A stretch of 64,000 nucleotides of DNA, from positions 9,065 to 73,064 of the forward strand of contig DAOULR010000025.1 in the NCBI GenBank assembly GCA_034419075.1. Reading direction: 5' to 3'. Shown here piece by piece: positions 25,948 to 35,260 of this stretch (position 1 is its first letter; each line of letters starts with the position of its first letter). The DNA comes from Dehalococcoidales bacterium (GTDB lineage Bacteria; Chloroflexota; Dehalococcoidia; Dehalococcoidales; BS750m-G39). The notes under the pieces are model-generated. The model saw only the letters and a program-made list of their open reading frames with translations, was not told the DNA's origin and made no database searches. The translations under genes were made by a program, and so were the position numbers.

Positions 25948-26313
25948 GTGACCGCAGGCACGAACCGATTCTGGGCGCTGATTACCCTGCTGCTGATAGC
26001 CGTTATCGTTATCGGTGGCACCATCGCCTGGCAGAAATACAGCCCCAACCAGCCCATCGAGATTACCCTGTCCGATGAACCCGACGCCACCGGTGAAATC
26101 AGCCAGCTAACCCCTCAGAAGATAGACATCAACCGCGCCGAAGCCTGGCTGTTGGAGGCGCTGCCTGGCATCGGGCCGAGCAAGGCGCAGGCTATCATAG
26201 ATTACCGCGAACAGAACGGGGGCTTTGGCCATATCGCCGAGATAACCGAGGTCTCCGGCATCGGGGATGCCATCTACGAAGACATCAAGGACTTAATTAC
26301 CGTAGGCGATTAA
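25948..26313 (+). CDS. comEA: ComEA-like helix-hairpin-helix DNA-binding competence protein
   Basis: 121 aa with GTG start after AGGAGG and an N-terminal TM. IDINRAEAWLLEALPGIGPSKAQAIIDYREQNGGF..EITEVSGIG is the ComEA HhH module. Confidence 0.85.
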   Translation: MTAGTNRFWALITLLLIAVIVIGGTIAWQKYSPNQPIEITLSDEPDATGEISQLTPQKIDINRAEAWLLEALPGIGPSKAQAIIDYREQNGGFGHIAEITEVSGIGDAIYEDIKDLITVGD

Positions 26314-26329
26314 CATCTAAGGAAGGCCG

Positions 26330-28786
26330 TTGGCGCTTATATACCTTAGCGGTGCCTTTGTGACGGGTATCTTTCTGGGGGCAAAGCTCACAGGGGCAGA
26401 ATTTGATTTACCGCTGGTTTTCATCCTCATCGGGCTTATCCCCCTCCCCCTGCTCTTTTTCTTCCCCCATTGGCGCCGGCTGATAATAATTGCCGCCGTC
26501 TGCCTCATCGCCTTTTTCGGTGGGGCGCTCTGTTACCAGGCTAGTTTGCCCCCTGACGACGAGAGCCACGTCAAGTTCTATAACGACCAAGAAGTTGTAA
26601 TCGAGGGGATGGTGAGCGCCGACCCCGAGGTCAGGGACAACGCCACCCACCTGCGATTTTCGGTGAGCCGTATAGACCCGGATGGCGAAGAAGGGTTGGA
26701 GGACTGGCGGGAGGTCTCGGGCGACGTTTTGTTGTTCGTGCCCCGCTATCCCGAATACGAATACGGCGACGTTCTGCAGGTATCTGGGAAGCTAGAGACG
26801 CCAAGCCAGGACGGTGAATTCGACTACAAGAACTACTTGGAAAACCAGGGCATCTACGCCACCATGCGCATCTACAGCTCCGAGGATATAAAACTCCTGG
26901 AAACGGGTCAGGGGATTAAGCCCCTAGAGTGGATTTATTCATTAAGGCATAGTATGGCCGATAGCATCGCCGAGGTCATGCCCGAACCGCAGGCGGCGCT
27001 CACCCAGGGTATCCTGCTCGGCATCAGGTACAACATCCCCGACGACGTCAGGGGCGATTTCATCGCCACCGGTACCGCCCATCTGCTGGCTATCTCCGGG
27101 CTGCACCTGAGCATAATGGCCGGGATACTGCTCAGCATCGGCATCTGGCTCTTCGGCAAGAGGCGTTTTATCTACATCTGGCTGGCGCTGGGAATGATCT
27201 GGCTCTACGCCATCCTCACCGGATTTCACCCGCCGGTGGTGCGGGGGACGATTATGGCCAGCCTCTTTTTGAGCGCTGAGCTGCTGGGGCGGCAGCGCAC
27301 CGCCATTACCTCGCTGGCCTTCGCTGCGGCGGTTATGGTAGGCATCGACCCCGAGATACTCTTCGACGCCGCCTTCCAGCTGAGCTTCCTAGCCATCGCT
27401 GGACTGATTTTCATCACCCCTCCCCTCCGCGAACTGGGCCGACGGACAGTCGGCGCCACGCTGGGGGAGAAGGGGTTAATAGTCTCTCTGGGCAACATTG
27501 TCAGCGACGGCTTCAGCGTGACCCTGGCCGCCACCATAGCCGTCTGGCCCTTGATTGCCTACTACTTCGGCGTCGTCTCCTTTGTGGGGCCGCTGGCTAC
27601 TTTCTTAGCCCTGCCTGCGCTACCGTTTATCATCGTCATCGGGGCGGCGGCGGGGCTTATTGGGCTCTTCTTCGTGCCCCTCGCCCTAGGCATAGGCTGG
27701 ATCGCCTGGCTCTTTAATTCCTACCTGCTCTTTATCGTGGGTGGCTTCGCCGCCCTGCCCATTTCCTCGGTGCAGGTTGGACAGTTAAGTCCCGCCTTTA
27801 TCGCGGGCTATTATTGCGTTCTGGTTATTATCGTCGGGCTCGTCAGGGGACGGGGGTGGGCAGAGAGGGTCAAAGGCTGGCTGAAAGCAGCGGCGAGTCA
27901 CTTTTACCGCCTGCCTTGGCGCTGGGTGGTGCCACCGCTTGTAATTCTGGCGGTATTGACTTCGGCGGCGGCTATCACCATGCCCGACGACGAGCTCCAT
28001 ATAAGCTTCCTTGATGTCGGACAGGGCGACGCTATTCTGATTCAGCGGGGCAGCCAGCAGGTGCTCATCGACGGGGGGCCCAGCCCCCAAACGCTGGCGG
28101 TGGAACTGGGCGACCGCATGCCCTTCTGGGACCGTACCATAGAGCTGGTGGTGCTGACCCACCCCCAGGAAGACCACCTCAGCGGGCTGGTCGAGGTTCT
28201 GGAGCGCTACCTGGTGGAACAGGTGCTCTACCCCGACTTGGAGGCTCTGGCCGACTTCGAAGACCCGCTGTCTTTATACCAGAGATGGGAGAAGCTGATT
28301 GAGGAAAGGGACATCGCCAGCACCACCGCCCGGGCCGGTCAGGAGATTGATTTGGGGGAGGGGGTAACCATAGCCGTGCTCCACCCGCCCGCCATCCCGC
28401 TGGAGGGCACGGACTCCGATGTCAATAATAACAGCGCCGTGCTGCGCTTGAGGGCGGGGCGGGTAAGCTTTTTATTCACCGGGGATATTGAATGGGAAGC
28501 CGAAGTCAGCCTTCTCGCTGGAGCAAGCGAGCTTGACTGCACCGTGCTTAAAGTAGCCCACCACGGCTCTAATAACTCCACCAGCGCCGAGTTCCTGGAG
28601 GCGGCCAGCCCTCAGGCAGCGGTTATCTCGGTGGGAGAGGGCAACACCTACGGCCACCCGCATGATGATGTCGTAGAGAGGCTGATAGAGGAGATAGGCG
28701 CCGAGAATATATTCCGCACCGACCAACAGGGCACTATAGAGTTCATCACCGACGGGGAGAGGCTGTGGGTGGTGACTGGCGAATGA
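26330..28786 (+). CDS. comEC: ComEC/Rec2 DNA internalisation competence protein with C-terminal MBL domain
   Basis: 818 aa. Polytopic competence domain (GTAHLLAISGLHL). C-terminal FLDVGQGDAILI...LTHPQEDHLSGL...HHGS metallo-beta-lactamase domain. Confidence 0.9.
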   Translation: MALIYLSGAFVTGIFLGAKLTGAEFDLPLVFILIGLIPLPLLFFFPHWRRLIIIAAVCLIAFFGGALCYQASLPPDDESHVKFYNDQEVVIEGMVSADPEVRDNATHLRFSVSRIDPDGEEGLEDWREVSGDVLLFVPRYPEYEYGDVLQVSGKLETPSQDGEFDYKNYLENQGIYATMRIYSSEDIKLLETGQGIKPLEWIYSLRHSMADSIAEVMPEPQAALTQGILLGIRYNIPDDVRGDFIATGTAHLLAISGLHLSIMAGILLSIGIWLFGKRRFIYIWLALGMIWLYAILTGFHPPVVRGTIMASLFLSAELLGRQRTAITSLAFAAAVMVGIDPEILFDAAFQLSFLAIAGLIFITPPLRELGRRTVGATLGEKGLIVSLGNIVSDGFSVTLAATIAVWPLIAYYFGVVSFVGPLATFLALPALPFIIVIGAAAGLIGLFFVPLALGIGWIAWLFNSYLLFIVGGFAALPISSVQVGQLSPAFIAGYYCVLVIIVGLVRGRGWAERVKGWLKAAASHFYRLPWRWVVPPLVILAVLTSAAAITMPDDELHISFLDVGQGDAILIQRGSQQVLIDGGPSPQTLAVELGDRMPFWDRTIELVVLTHPQEDHLSGLVEVLERYLVEQVLYPDLEALADFEDPLSLYQRWEKLIEERDIASTTARAGQEIDLGEGVTIAVLHPPAIPLEGTDSDVNNNSAVLRLRAGRVSFLFTGDIEWEAEVSLLAGASELDCTVLKVAHHGSNNSTSAEFLEAASPQAAVISVGEGNTYGHPHDDVVERLIEEIGAENIFRTDQQGTIEFITDGERLWVVTGE

Positions 28787-28871
28787 CCCAAAAGCGGGAT
28801 TGCGGTGGCTAACAAAGCGTGTTAGAATACGCCCAGTGTCGCAAGAAGCGCCAAGCTAACAGGAGGTTTTT

Positions 28872-29963
28872 ATGATTAAACGAAAAAGCATTTTTATTCC
28901 CCTAGTTGTTAGTCTAGTTTTGGTCTTAAGCCTATTTTCATTAGGAGCAGATGGATGCCCGTCTGATAATAAATACAACCTGACGACCAACGTCAGCCCG
29001 ACGGGGAGCGGTTCCATCTCGCCTTCGGGGGGCAGCTACGACCCCGGGGTGAATGTAACCATAACCGCTACCGCCAACAGCGGCTATACCTTTGATTACT
29101 GGAGTGGCAGCGCCAGTGGCACCAGCGCCACCACCACCGTGGTCATGGACACACACAAGAGCGTCACCGCCCACTTTGCGCCCGTAGTCCAGACCTATAC
29201 CCTGACGACAAGCGTCAACCCCAGCGGAGCCGGCTCGATTTCACCATCGGGGGGCGAATATGACGCTGGGTCTTCGGTATCGCTCTCCGCCACCGCCAAT
29301 AGCGGTTACGTCTTCGATTACTGGAGCGGCGACTCCAACGCCACCGGCCCCAACATCCAAATCACCATGAACTCGGATATGAACCTTATCGCCAACTTTG
29401 TCGCCGTGGGGCCTACGGTACTCTTTTCCGACGACTTCAGCGACCCCCACAGCGGTTGGGTTACCTATAACGGCTCCGACGGCCAGGTCAGATATCAAGA
29501 TGGATACTTTTATATAAAAGATTATACCAGTCCCGTGGCGACCATGTATGGCGAGTCCCAGCGTTACTTCGCCGATTTCGTCCTGGAAGTTGAGACCTGG
29601 CTCATCGGCGGCACCGACGATAACTGGCACTCGTTGGCCTGCCGCTGGCAGAGCGAAGGCAACTACTATGACTTCGGCATCAGCGCCGATGGTTTCTACG
29701 AGATAATAAAATTCGTCGCTTCCGAGACCATACCACTGGTATACCCCACCAGCTCCCCCTACATCAACCAGGGCGTGGGTGCCGTCAACCTCATCCATAT
29801 CGAGTGTATCGGCAACAGCCTGAGCCTTTACGTCAACGGACATTTTTTGGACGCTGTTACCGATAGCGCCTTCAGCGGCGGCGATATCTGTTTGGCGGCG
29901 AATGCGCTCACGGGCAGCTATACCGAGGTTGCCTACGATAACCTGGTTATTACCGAGCCTTAA
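28872..29963 (+). CDS. Secreted/lipoprotein with two InlB-B-repeat-like modules and a C-terminal ConA/LamG-like (DUF1080-like) domain
   Basis: 363 aa with signal peptide ending GADGC. Two repeats, Y.LTT.V.P.G.GSISPSGG.YD.G..V...ATANSGY.FDYWSG. The C-terminal about 190 aa are paralogous to the next gene. Confidence 0.7.
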   Translation: MIKRKSIFIPLVVSLVLVLSLFSLGADGCPSDNKYNLTTNVSPTGSGSISPSGGSYDPGVNVTITATANSGYTFDYWSGSASGTSATTTVVMDTHKSVTAHFAPVVQTYTLTTSVNPSGAGSISPSGGEYDAGSSVSLSATANSGYVFDYWSGDSNATGPNIQITMNSDMNLIANFVAVGPTVLFSDDFSDPHSGWVTYNGSDGQVRYQDGYFYIKDYTSPVATMYGESQRYFADFVLEVETWLIGGTDDNWHSLACRWQSEGNYYDFGISADGFYEIIKFVASETIPLVYPTSSPYINQGVGAVNLIHIECIGNSLSLYVNGHFLDAVTDSAFSGGDICLAANALTGSYTEVAYDNLVITEP

Positions 29964-30008
29964 AAAGCCGCATTATATTATGCAGAGCTTAAATAAAAGG
30001 AGGCGTTA

Positions 30009-30662
30009 ATGATGAAACACAAACATATTTACCTTCCCCTGGTTATCGGCCTGACCCTAGTTCTGAGTCTAGTGGGGGCGGCGGGGTGTCCGAGCGACGG
30101 CTCAACCGGTGCCAATGTCCTCTTCTCCGATGACTTCAGTCGGGATACGGGCGACTGGGATGTCTACTCCGACGCCAACGGCGATGTCTTCTACGAAGGC
30201 GGCTGGATTCATGTGATGAACTACACCACAGCCCCCGAAGATACCGAAACCATGCTGAACCAAGAATTCAGCGATTTCATTCTGGAGATAGATACCAAGC
30301 TCGTCGACGGCACCGATGATAACTGGCACGGCGTGGTATGCCGCTTCCAAGACACAGGCAACTATTACGTCTTCAATATCAGCGCCGATGGCTACTACTA
30401 CATATCCAAGTTCGCCGATTACAACCAGGTAGCCCTTTCCGGGCCCACCTTCTCAGACTATATCAACCTAGGGTGGGACGTGGTCAACTCCATGTACATC
30501 GAGTGTGTCGGCAACAAGCTAAAGCTATCGGTCAACGGGCACCAACTGACCAGCGTTACCGATAGCTCCTTTAGCAATGGCGCTCTCGGGCTTCTAGCCA
30601 CTTCCTGGGAAGGCGACCTGAGCGAGATTGCCTACGATAACCTGGTTATTACCGAGCCCTAA
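30009..30662 (+). CDS. Lipoprotein, paralogue of the C-terminal domain of the upstream gene (ConA/LamG-like)
   Basis: 217 aa with lipobox LVGAAGC. Shares VLFSDDFS, GGTDDNWH, GNYY.F.ISADG.Y and AYDNLVITEP with 28872..29963. Confidence 0.7.
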   Translation: MMKHKHIYLPLVIGLTLVLSLVGAAGCPSDGSTGANVLFSDDFSRDTGDWDVYSDANGDVFYEGGWIHVMNYTTAPEDTETMLNQEFSDFILEIDTKLVDGTDDNWHGVVCRFQDTGNYYVFNISADGYYYISKFADYNQVALSGPTFSDYINLGWDVVNSMYIECVGNKLKLSVNGHQLTSVTDSSFSNGALGLLATSWEGDLSEIAYDNLVITEP

Positions 30663-30688
30663 AGAGCCACGCAATCAATAGAAAATAA

Positions 30689-30725
30689 GGGGCGGCTGGG
30701 GGATTAGTCCCCCAGCCGCTTTTTG
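30689..30725 (+). terminator. Rho-independent terminator
   Basis: ggcggctggggga-ttag-tcccccagccgc followed by TTTTT, about 30 nt after the stop at 30662. Confidence 0.8.
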
Positions 30726-30796
30726 CCCCCTAACCTTTTTATTAGAACTGCGTTATAGTATAGTAGAATCGAGATAGCGAAGGGGGGACTCTGCTC

Positions 30797-31660
30797 ATGA
30801 AGAAATTGATAATCGGGCTAGCGCTGGTGGTGTTGCTGCTGATGCCCGCCGCCTGTTCCGGGGAAGCACAGGAGGGCGAAGCTTCATACTCTTACGTAGG
30901 AGACGAAGCACCGCCGCCGGAACCAGGCTATCCCGCCCCGACGGAAATGGCCGGAGGGAGCCAAGCGGATAGCGACGAATACTACGCAACGACCGACGTC
31001 GATGAGCGGATGATAGTCCGCAACGGCGAGATGGAACTGGTGGTGGAGGATATCACCCAGACCGTAGAAGACATCACCCAGATGTCGTTAGCCTTTGACG
31101 GCTACGTGGTAAGCTCTTACATCCGCGGGGAGGAAGAGGAGATGAGGGGGTGGATTACCTTCCGCGTGCCCGACGACAAGTTCGAGACGGCGTTGGAAGA
31201 GCTGCGGGACATGGCGGTGAGGGTGGAGTCGGAGCAGACCTACAGCCAGGACGTGACCGAGGAGTATATCGACCTCCAGGCGAGGCTGGCTAACGCCGAA
31301 GCCACCGAGCAGCAATACCTGGCGCTGCTGGACAAAGCCGAGGAGATAGAGGACATACTCGATATCTACAACTACCTCTCGCGAATACGCTCCGAGATAG
31401 AGCAGCTTAAAGGCAGAATACAGTACCTGGAGCAGACCACCTCGACGAGCCTGATTTCGGTATCGCTGGAGCCCGAGGAAGCGGTGGTCAGCGGCGGCTG
31501 GAGCGCGCTTGGGGTGCTCAAGGCGGCGGCCAGGGGGCTGGTTACGGCGGGTAAGGTGTTGGGCACCATAGCTATCTGGCTGCTTATCTTCATCCCCATC
31601 TGGGGAACCATACTGGGCATCTTACTCTGGCGCCGCCACAAGAGGAAGGCCAGAAAATAG
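30797..31660 (+). CDS. DUF4349 domain lipoprotein with C-terminal TM anchors
   Basis: 287 aa with lipobox MPAAC. RMIVRNGEMELVVEDI...GYVVSS...RVP...F and a coiled region, then hydrophobic C-terminal helices, as in DUF4349. Confidence 0.7.
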   Translation: MKKLIIGLALVVLLLMPAACSGEAQEGEASYSYVGDEAPPPEPGYPAPTEMAGGSQADSDEYYATTDVDERMIVRNGEMELVVEDITQTVEDITQMSLAFDGYVVSSYIRGEEEEMRGWITFRVPDDKFETALEELRDMAVRVESEQTYSQDVTEEYIDLQARLANAEATEQQYLALLDKAEEIEDILDIYNYLSRIRSEIEQLKGRIQYLEQTTSTSLISVSLEPEEAVVSGGWSALGVLKAAARGLVTAGKVLGTIAIWLLIFIPIWGTILGILLWRRHKRKARK

Positions 31661-31681
31661 AATAAAAGATATCGGGAGGGC

Positions 31682-31963
31682 TCAACCGGGCGATAACCGC
31701 TGGTTGAGCTCCTCCCGTGTCAGGCCAGCCACAGAGATGAGCTTGTTCCTTGAGGTGTGACCCTTGAGAATAGCTAAATCGCCTTTGCTCAAACCCAGTT
31801 TCTGGGCGAGAAAGGCGATTAACTCTTTATTGGCTTTTCCCTTTACGGGAGGGGCGGCTACCTTTACCCGCAACACACCCCCGGAGAAGCCGACCAGCTC
31901 GTTTCTGGTGGCGTTGGGGTGTACGCGCAACCAAAGCTCAACCCCTCTTTCCGAAAGAGACAC
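31682..31963 (-). CDS. DUF167 (YggU) family protein
   Basis: 93 aa. LRVKVAAPPVKGKANKELIAFLAQKLGLSKGDLAILKGHTSRNK is the YggU signature. Confidence 0.8.
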   Translation of the reverse strand: MSLSERGVELWLRVHPNATRNELVGFSGGVLRVKVAAPPVKGKANKELIAFLAQKLGLSKGDLAILKGHTSRNKLISVAGLTREELNQRLSPG

Positions 31964-32000
31964 AATAATCGTCTTTTATAAACTGGCCAGGATGCCTGGC

Positions 32001-32174
32001 TTAATATTCGCCGCCGCTTTTCATGGCGATGGTGGCCAGGAAAAGAATGGCAGCGAGGACAAACCAGAAGATGTAGGTCATCTGCGTCATCAGCGGGTCA
32101 ATCACTTCGGTAGCGGTGAGGATGCCCATCACGCCGCAAAGCGCCGCCAGAATGTTAATAATACCGCTTAGCAT
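32001..32174 (-). CDS. Small hydrophobic membrane protein (57 aa), absent from the ORF track
   Basis: Own translation: MLSGIINILAALCGVMGILTATEVIDPLMTQMTYIFWFVLAAILFLATIAMKSGGEY (two TM helices). AAAGGAGG lies 6 nt upstream of the ATG at 32174. The competing + strand ORF 31764..32171 has no SD and is antisense to DUF167. Confidence 0.5.
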   Translation of the reverse strand: MLSGIINILAALCGVMGILTATEVIDPLMTQMTYIFWFVLAAILFLATIAMKSGGEY

Positions 32175-32269
32175 TCGAACCTCCTTTCATTGAACCTAAA
32201 CGCGTTGAATAACTCTCTGTGATTGCTATATAATAAAATGCGAATTAGTTCGAGTCAATAGATTAGGGG

Positions 32270-32941
32270 TTGGATTTTATGAAATTAACAGAAAATTTAT
32301 ATTATTTTACCGAGAAGGGAATGATGGACTGCAACAGCTACGTCGTCCAGGATAGCTTGAGCCTGCTCATCGACCCGGGGTTGACGCAGTTCCTGCCAGC
32401 GCTAATAGAGGAAATGCATCGGGACGGCATCGACCCCAAGGATATAAAGCTTATCGCCAACACCCACCTTCACGGCGACCACTGCTGGGCCAACGACGCC
32501 TTTAAGAAGCTATCGGGGGCGGAAATCCTGATGCACCCAGTACAGAAGCAATTCGGGCGGGCTGCCGCCGTCCAGGCAGCACAGTTCTTCGGTGTGGCCA
32601 ACTCTGAGTTCAGCGAAGACAGGCTGATGGATAGCCAGAGGCTCAACCTGGGGGAGACCGAAATCGAGCTCATCCCCGCCCCGGGGCATTCGCCCGACAG
32701 CGTCTGCTATTATATTCCCGCCGAAAAGGCGCTCATCTGCGGCGATGTTATCTTCAGCCAGAACACAGGGCGGGTTGACCTGCCCGGGGGCAGTGCCGCC
32801 CAACTCAAGGATTCCATCGAGAGGCTGTCGCAGCTGGACGTAGAATACCTGCTGCCAGGACACATGAACATCGTTACCGGCAAAGATAACGTTAAGAAGA
32901 ACTTCGAGTTCATCAGGCAGTATGTGCTCGGCTATCTCTAA
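32270..32941 (+). CDS. MBL-fold metallo-hydrolase (glyoxalase II-like)
   Basis: 223 aa. ANTHLHGDHCWAN (HxHxDH), PAPGHSPDS and CGDVIF. The start could be the ATG at 32279. Confidence 0.8.
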   Translation: MDFMKLTENLYYFTEKGMMDCNSYVVQDSLSLLIDPGLTQFLPALIEEMHRDGIDPKDIKLIANTHLHGDHCWANDAFKKLSGAEILMHPVQKQFGRAAAVQAAQFFGVANSEFSEDRLMDSQRLNLGETEIELIPAPGHSPDSVCYYIPAEKALICGDVIFSQNTGRVDLPGGSAAQLKDSIERLSQLDVEYLLPGHMNIVTGKDNVKKNFEFIRQYVLGYL

Positions 32942-32953
32942 AAGGAGAAACCA

Positions 32954-34093
32954 GTGACTATAGACTCTCTTGAGCTGGGACCGATAAGGCCGCCGAGCGA
33001 GGCTTCTTCCCTGCTGCTGCGGGTAACCCGCAACTGCTCCTGGAACCGTTGCAAGTTCTGCCACATCTATAAAGGGAAGCGATTCGAGCTGAGGCCGGTA
33101 GAGGATATCAAGCAGGAAATCCTGACCGTTAAGGCGATACAGGACAAGCTGAAAGAAGCCGCCGCCAAAGCGGGCTACGAGGGACAGATAGAAACCGCCG
33201 CCGCCTCCATCCTGAACAACCCCCTAAGCGAGACCCACTTTAACGTCGCCCTCTGGCTCTACCACGGCGGCACCAGCGCCTTTCTCCAGGACGCCAACAC
33301 CCTGATTATGCCCACCCCCGACCTGGTTGAGGTCATCAAGTTTCTCAAAAAAACCCTGCCCACCATCACCCGCATCACCAGCTACGGGCGTTCCAAGACC
33401 GCCGCCAAGAAGAAGCTGGAGGAGTTGAAGGCGCTGCGGGAGGCGGGGCTTGACCGACTGCACATCGGACTGGAATCGGGCTATGACCTCCTGCTGGAGT
33501 ACATGGACAAGGGGGTTACCGCCGCCGACCACATCGCCGGGGGCAAGAAGATAGTCGAATCGGGCATCTCGCTCTCCGAGTACGTGCTGCTGGGGATGGG
33601 GGGTAAGAAGATGTGGCGGGAGCACGCCACCGAGACGGCGCGGGTCTTAAACGAGATAAACGCCGACTTCATCCGGGCGCGGACCCTGACCATAAAGGAG
33701 GGCATGCCCCTTTTCGAAGAGGTTAAGAACGGCCAGTTCGTCCGCTCTACCGACGAGGAGATTGTCGCCGAGGAAAAGCTCTTAATCGAGAACCTAGACT
33801 GCCGTTCTACCTTTGTCAGTGACCACATCACCAATTTGCTCCAGGAAATCGAGGGCAAACTGCCCGACGATAAGGATAAAATGCTGGCGGTGATAAACAG
33901 GTTCCAGTCTCTATCCGCCGAGGAGAGGCAGAACTTCCGTCTGGGGAGAAGGATAGGCATATACACCTACCTGGAGGAACTAAACGACCCAGCTAAACAC
34001 GGGCTGGTGGAGCAGGCCATAGCCAGGGTGACCCAAGAGGGCGGGGAGATAGACGAGGAGCTGACCTACTCCCTGATGGAGCGGTTCATCTAA
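32954..34093 (+). CDS. Radical SAM protein, uncharacterised subfamily with CX4CX2C cluster spacing
   Basis: 379 aa. GPIRPPSEASSLLLRVTRNCSWNRCKFCHIY (Cys codons at 33035-33061). Downstream LHIGLESGYDLLLEYMDKG and EYVLLGMGG resemble the HemN/Elp3-like core. Starts 12 nt after the MBL gene. Confidence 0.75.
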   Translation: MTIDSLELGPIRPPSEASSLLLRVTRNCSWNRCKFCHIYKGKRFELRPVEDIKQEILTVKAIQDKLKEAAAKAGYEGQIETAAASILNNPLSETHFNVALWLYHGGTSAFLQDANTLIMPTPDLVEVIKFLKKTLPTITRITSYGRSKTAAKKKLEELKALREAGLDRLHIGLESGYDLLLEYMDKGVTAADHIAGGKKIVESGISLSEYVLLGMGGKKMWREHATETARVLNEINADFIRARTLTIKEGMPLFEEVKNGQFVRSTDEEIVAEEKLLIENLDCRSTFVSDHITNLLQEIEGKLPDDKDKMLAVINRFQSLSAEERQNFRLGRRIGIYTYLEELNDPAKHGLVEQAIARVTQEGGEIDEELTYSLMERFI

Positions 34094-34156
34094 AGGGTTG
34101 ACAGCCAGCAAATCTGCATCTACCATACCACCGTAATCGATACGGGCAATCCCGCT

Positions 34157-35170
34157 ATGAAAGAACCCAGCGCCGACAACCTGCTCCAGGCACTGATGAG
34201 GCAAGCACGGCTGCCGTGGTACGGGACGACGACCGTGGTCGCCGCCTTGCTGACCCTGCTCCTCGTCCTGGCGGCCTACCTGGATGGTGACTTCGGCGAG
34301 CTTTCGTCCTGGGGGTTCTGGCGGGGTTTACTGGATTCACCGGTCTTAATCATCTATATACTAGTGGTCTATCCCTTCATGTGGCGGCTCTGGGAACGCG
34401 CCGTCCGCGTCTTCCAGCCGCTGATGCCCAACGATGACGCCGCGAACCAGCCGACAGAATTCCCAGTACCGAAACGCCGCTGGGAATGGCTCGCCCTGTT
34501 CATCGGCGCCGCCTTCGTTCTACTGCTCAGTCAGCCCTGGAGCTGGGGATTGAGCTCCGGTGAAACCTGGCGGCAGGTGTACGAAATAGTAACCTTCGCG
34601 CTGTTGTTTGGCCTCTTGGCCTGGCTAGTTTATATCGGGCTATCCCAAACCCGCCACATAGCGCGGCTGAACCGCCAGGCGCTGAAGCTGGACACATTTG
34701 AACCGGGGGTGCTGGCACCCGTCGCCCACTGGAGCCTGGGCACCTCACTGGCTTTCATCGGCGGCATCAGCCTGAGCCTAGCCTTCCAGACCCGGGAGAG
34801 CCTGCTTACTTGGCAGGGTATCACCATATACGCCGTTCTGCTGGGGGCGACAGTACTGTTGTTCTTTATGTCTCTGTGGAGCACACACAAAGCCATGGCC
34901 AGAGCCAAAAGCGGCGAGCTGGCTCTGGCCCAGAAACATTTAACGGCGGCCTACCGTGAGCTGAAGGAACGGGTGACCCAAGACCGGATGGAGGGGGCGG
35001 AGAAGCTCTACACCACCCTCACCGCCTGGTCTACCTACGAGAGACAGAGCAAAGAAGCCCCGACCTGGCCCTTCAATGCCAGCATTATCCGACGGCTGGC
35101 GGTATCGGGGCTGCTCCCCGGGCTGGTGTACCTGATAAGATTTCTCCTCGGTTCGCGGCTCGGAATATAA
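34157..35170 (+). CDS. Hypothetical polytopic membrane protein
   Basis: 337 aa with about 6 TM helices plus a charged helical segment (ELALAQKHLTAAYRELKERVTQDRMEGAEKLY). No family recognised. Confidence 0.55.
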   Translation: MKEPSADNLLQALMRQARLPWYGTTTVVAALLTLLLVLAAYLDGDFGELSSWGFWRGLLDSPVLIIYILVVYPFMWRLWERAVRVFQPLMPNDDAANQPTEFPVPKRRWEWLALFIGAAFVLLLSQPWSWGLSSGETWRQVYEIVTFALLFGLLAWLVYIGLSQTRHIARLNRQALKLDTFEPGVLAPVAHWSLGTSLAFIGGISLSLAFQTRESLLTWQGITIYAVLLGATVLLFFMSLWSTHKAMARAKSGELALAQKHLTAAYRELKERVTQDRMEGAEKLYTTLTAWSTYERQSKEAPTWPFNASIIRRLAVSGLLPGLVYLIRFLLGSRLGI

Positions 35171-35260
35171 TCAGAATCTTTCCAACCCTAGAATTACGAT
35201 ATATAATGCCAGCTAATACCAAACGACTCCTACTATAGCCTGAGCAAACGGGGGGCAACT

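Noticed and set aside
31764-32171. 135-aa + strand ORF between DUF167 and the MBL gene.
   Set aside because: Its first two-thirds is antisense to the well-supported DUF167 gene. The remainder is better explained by the SD-preceded 57-aa minus-strand membrane ORF.
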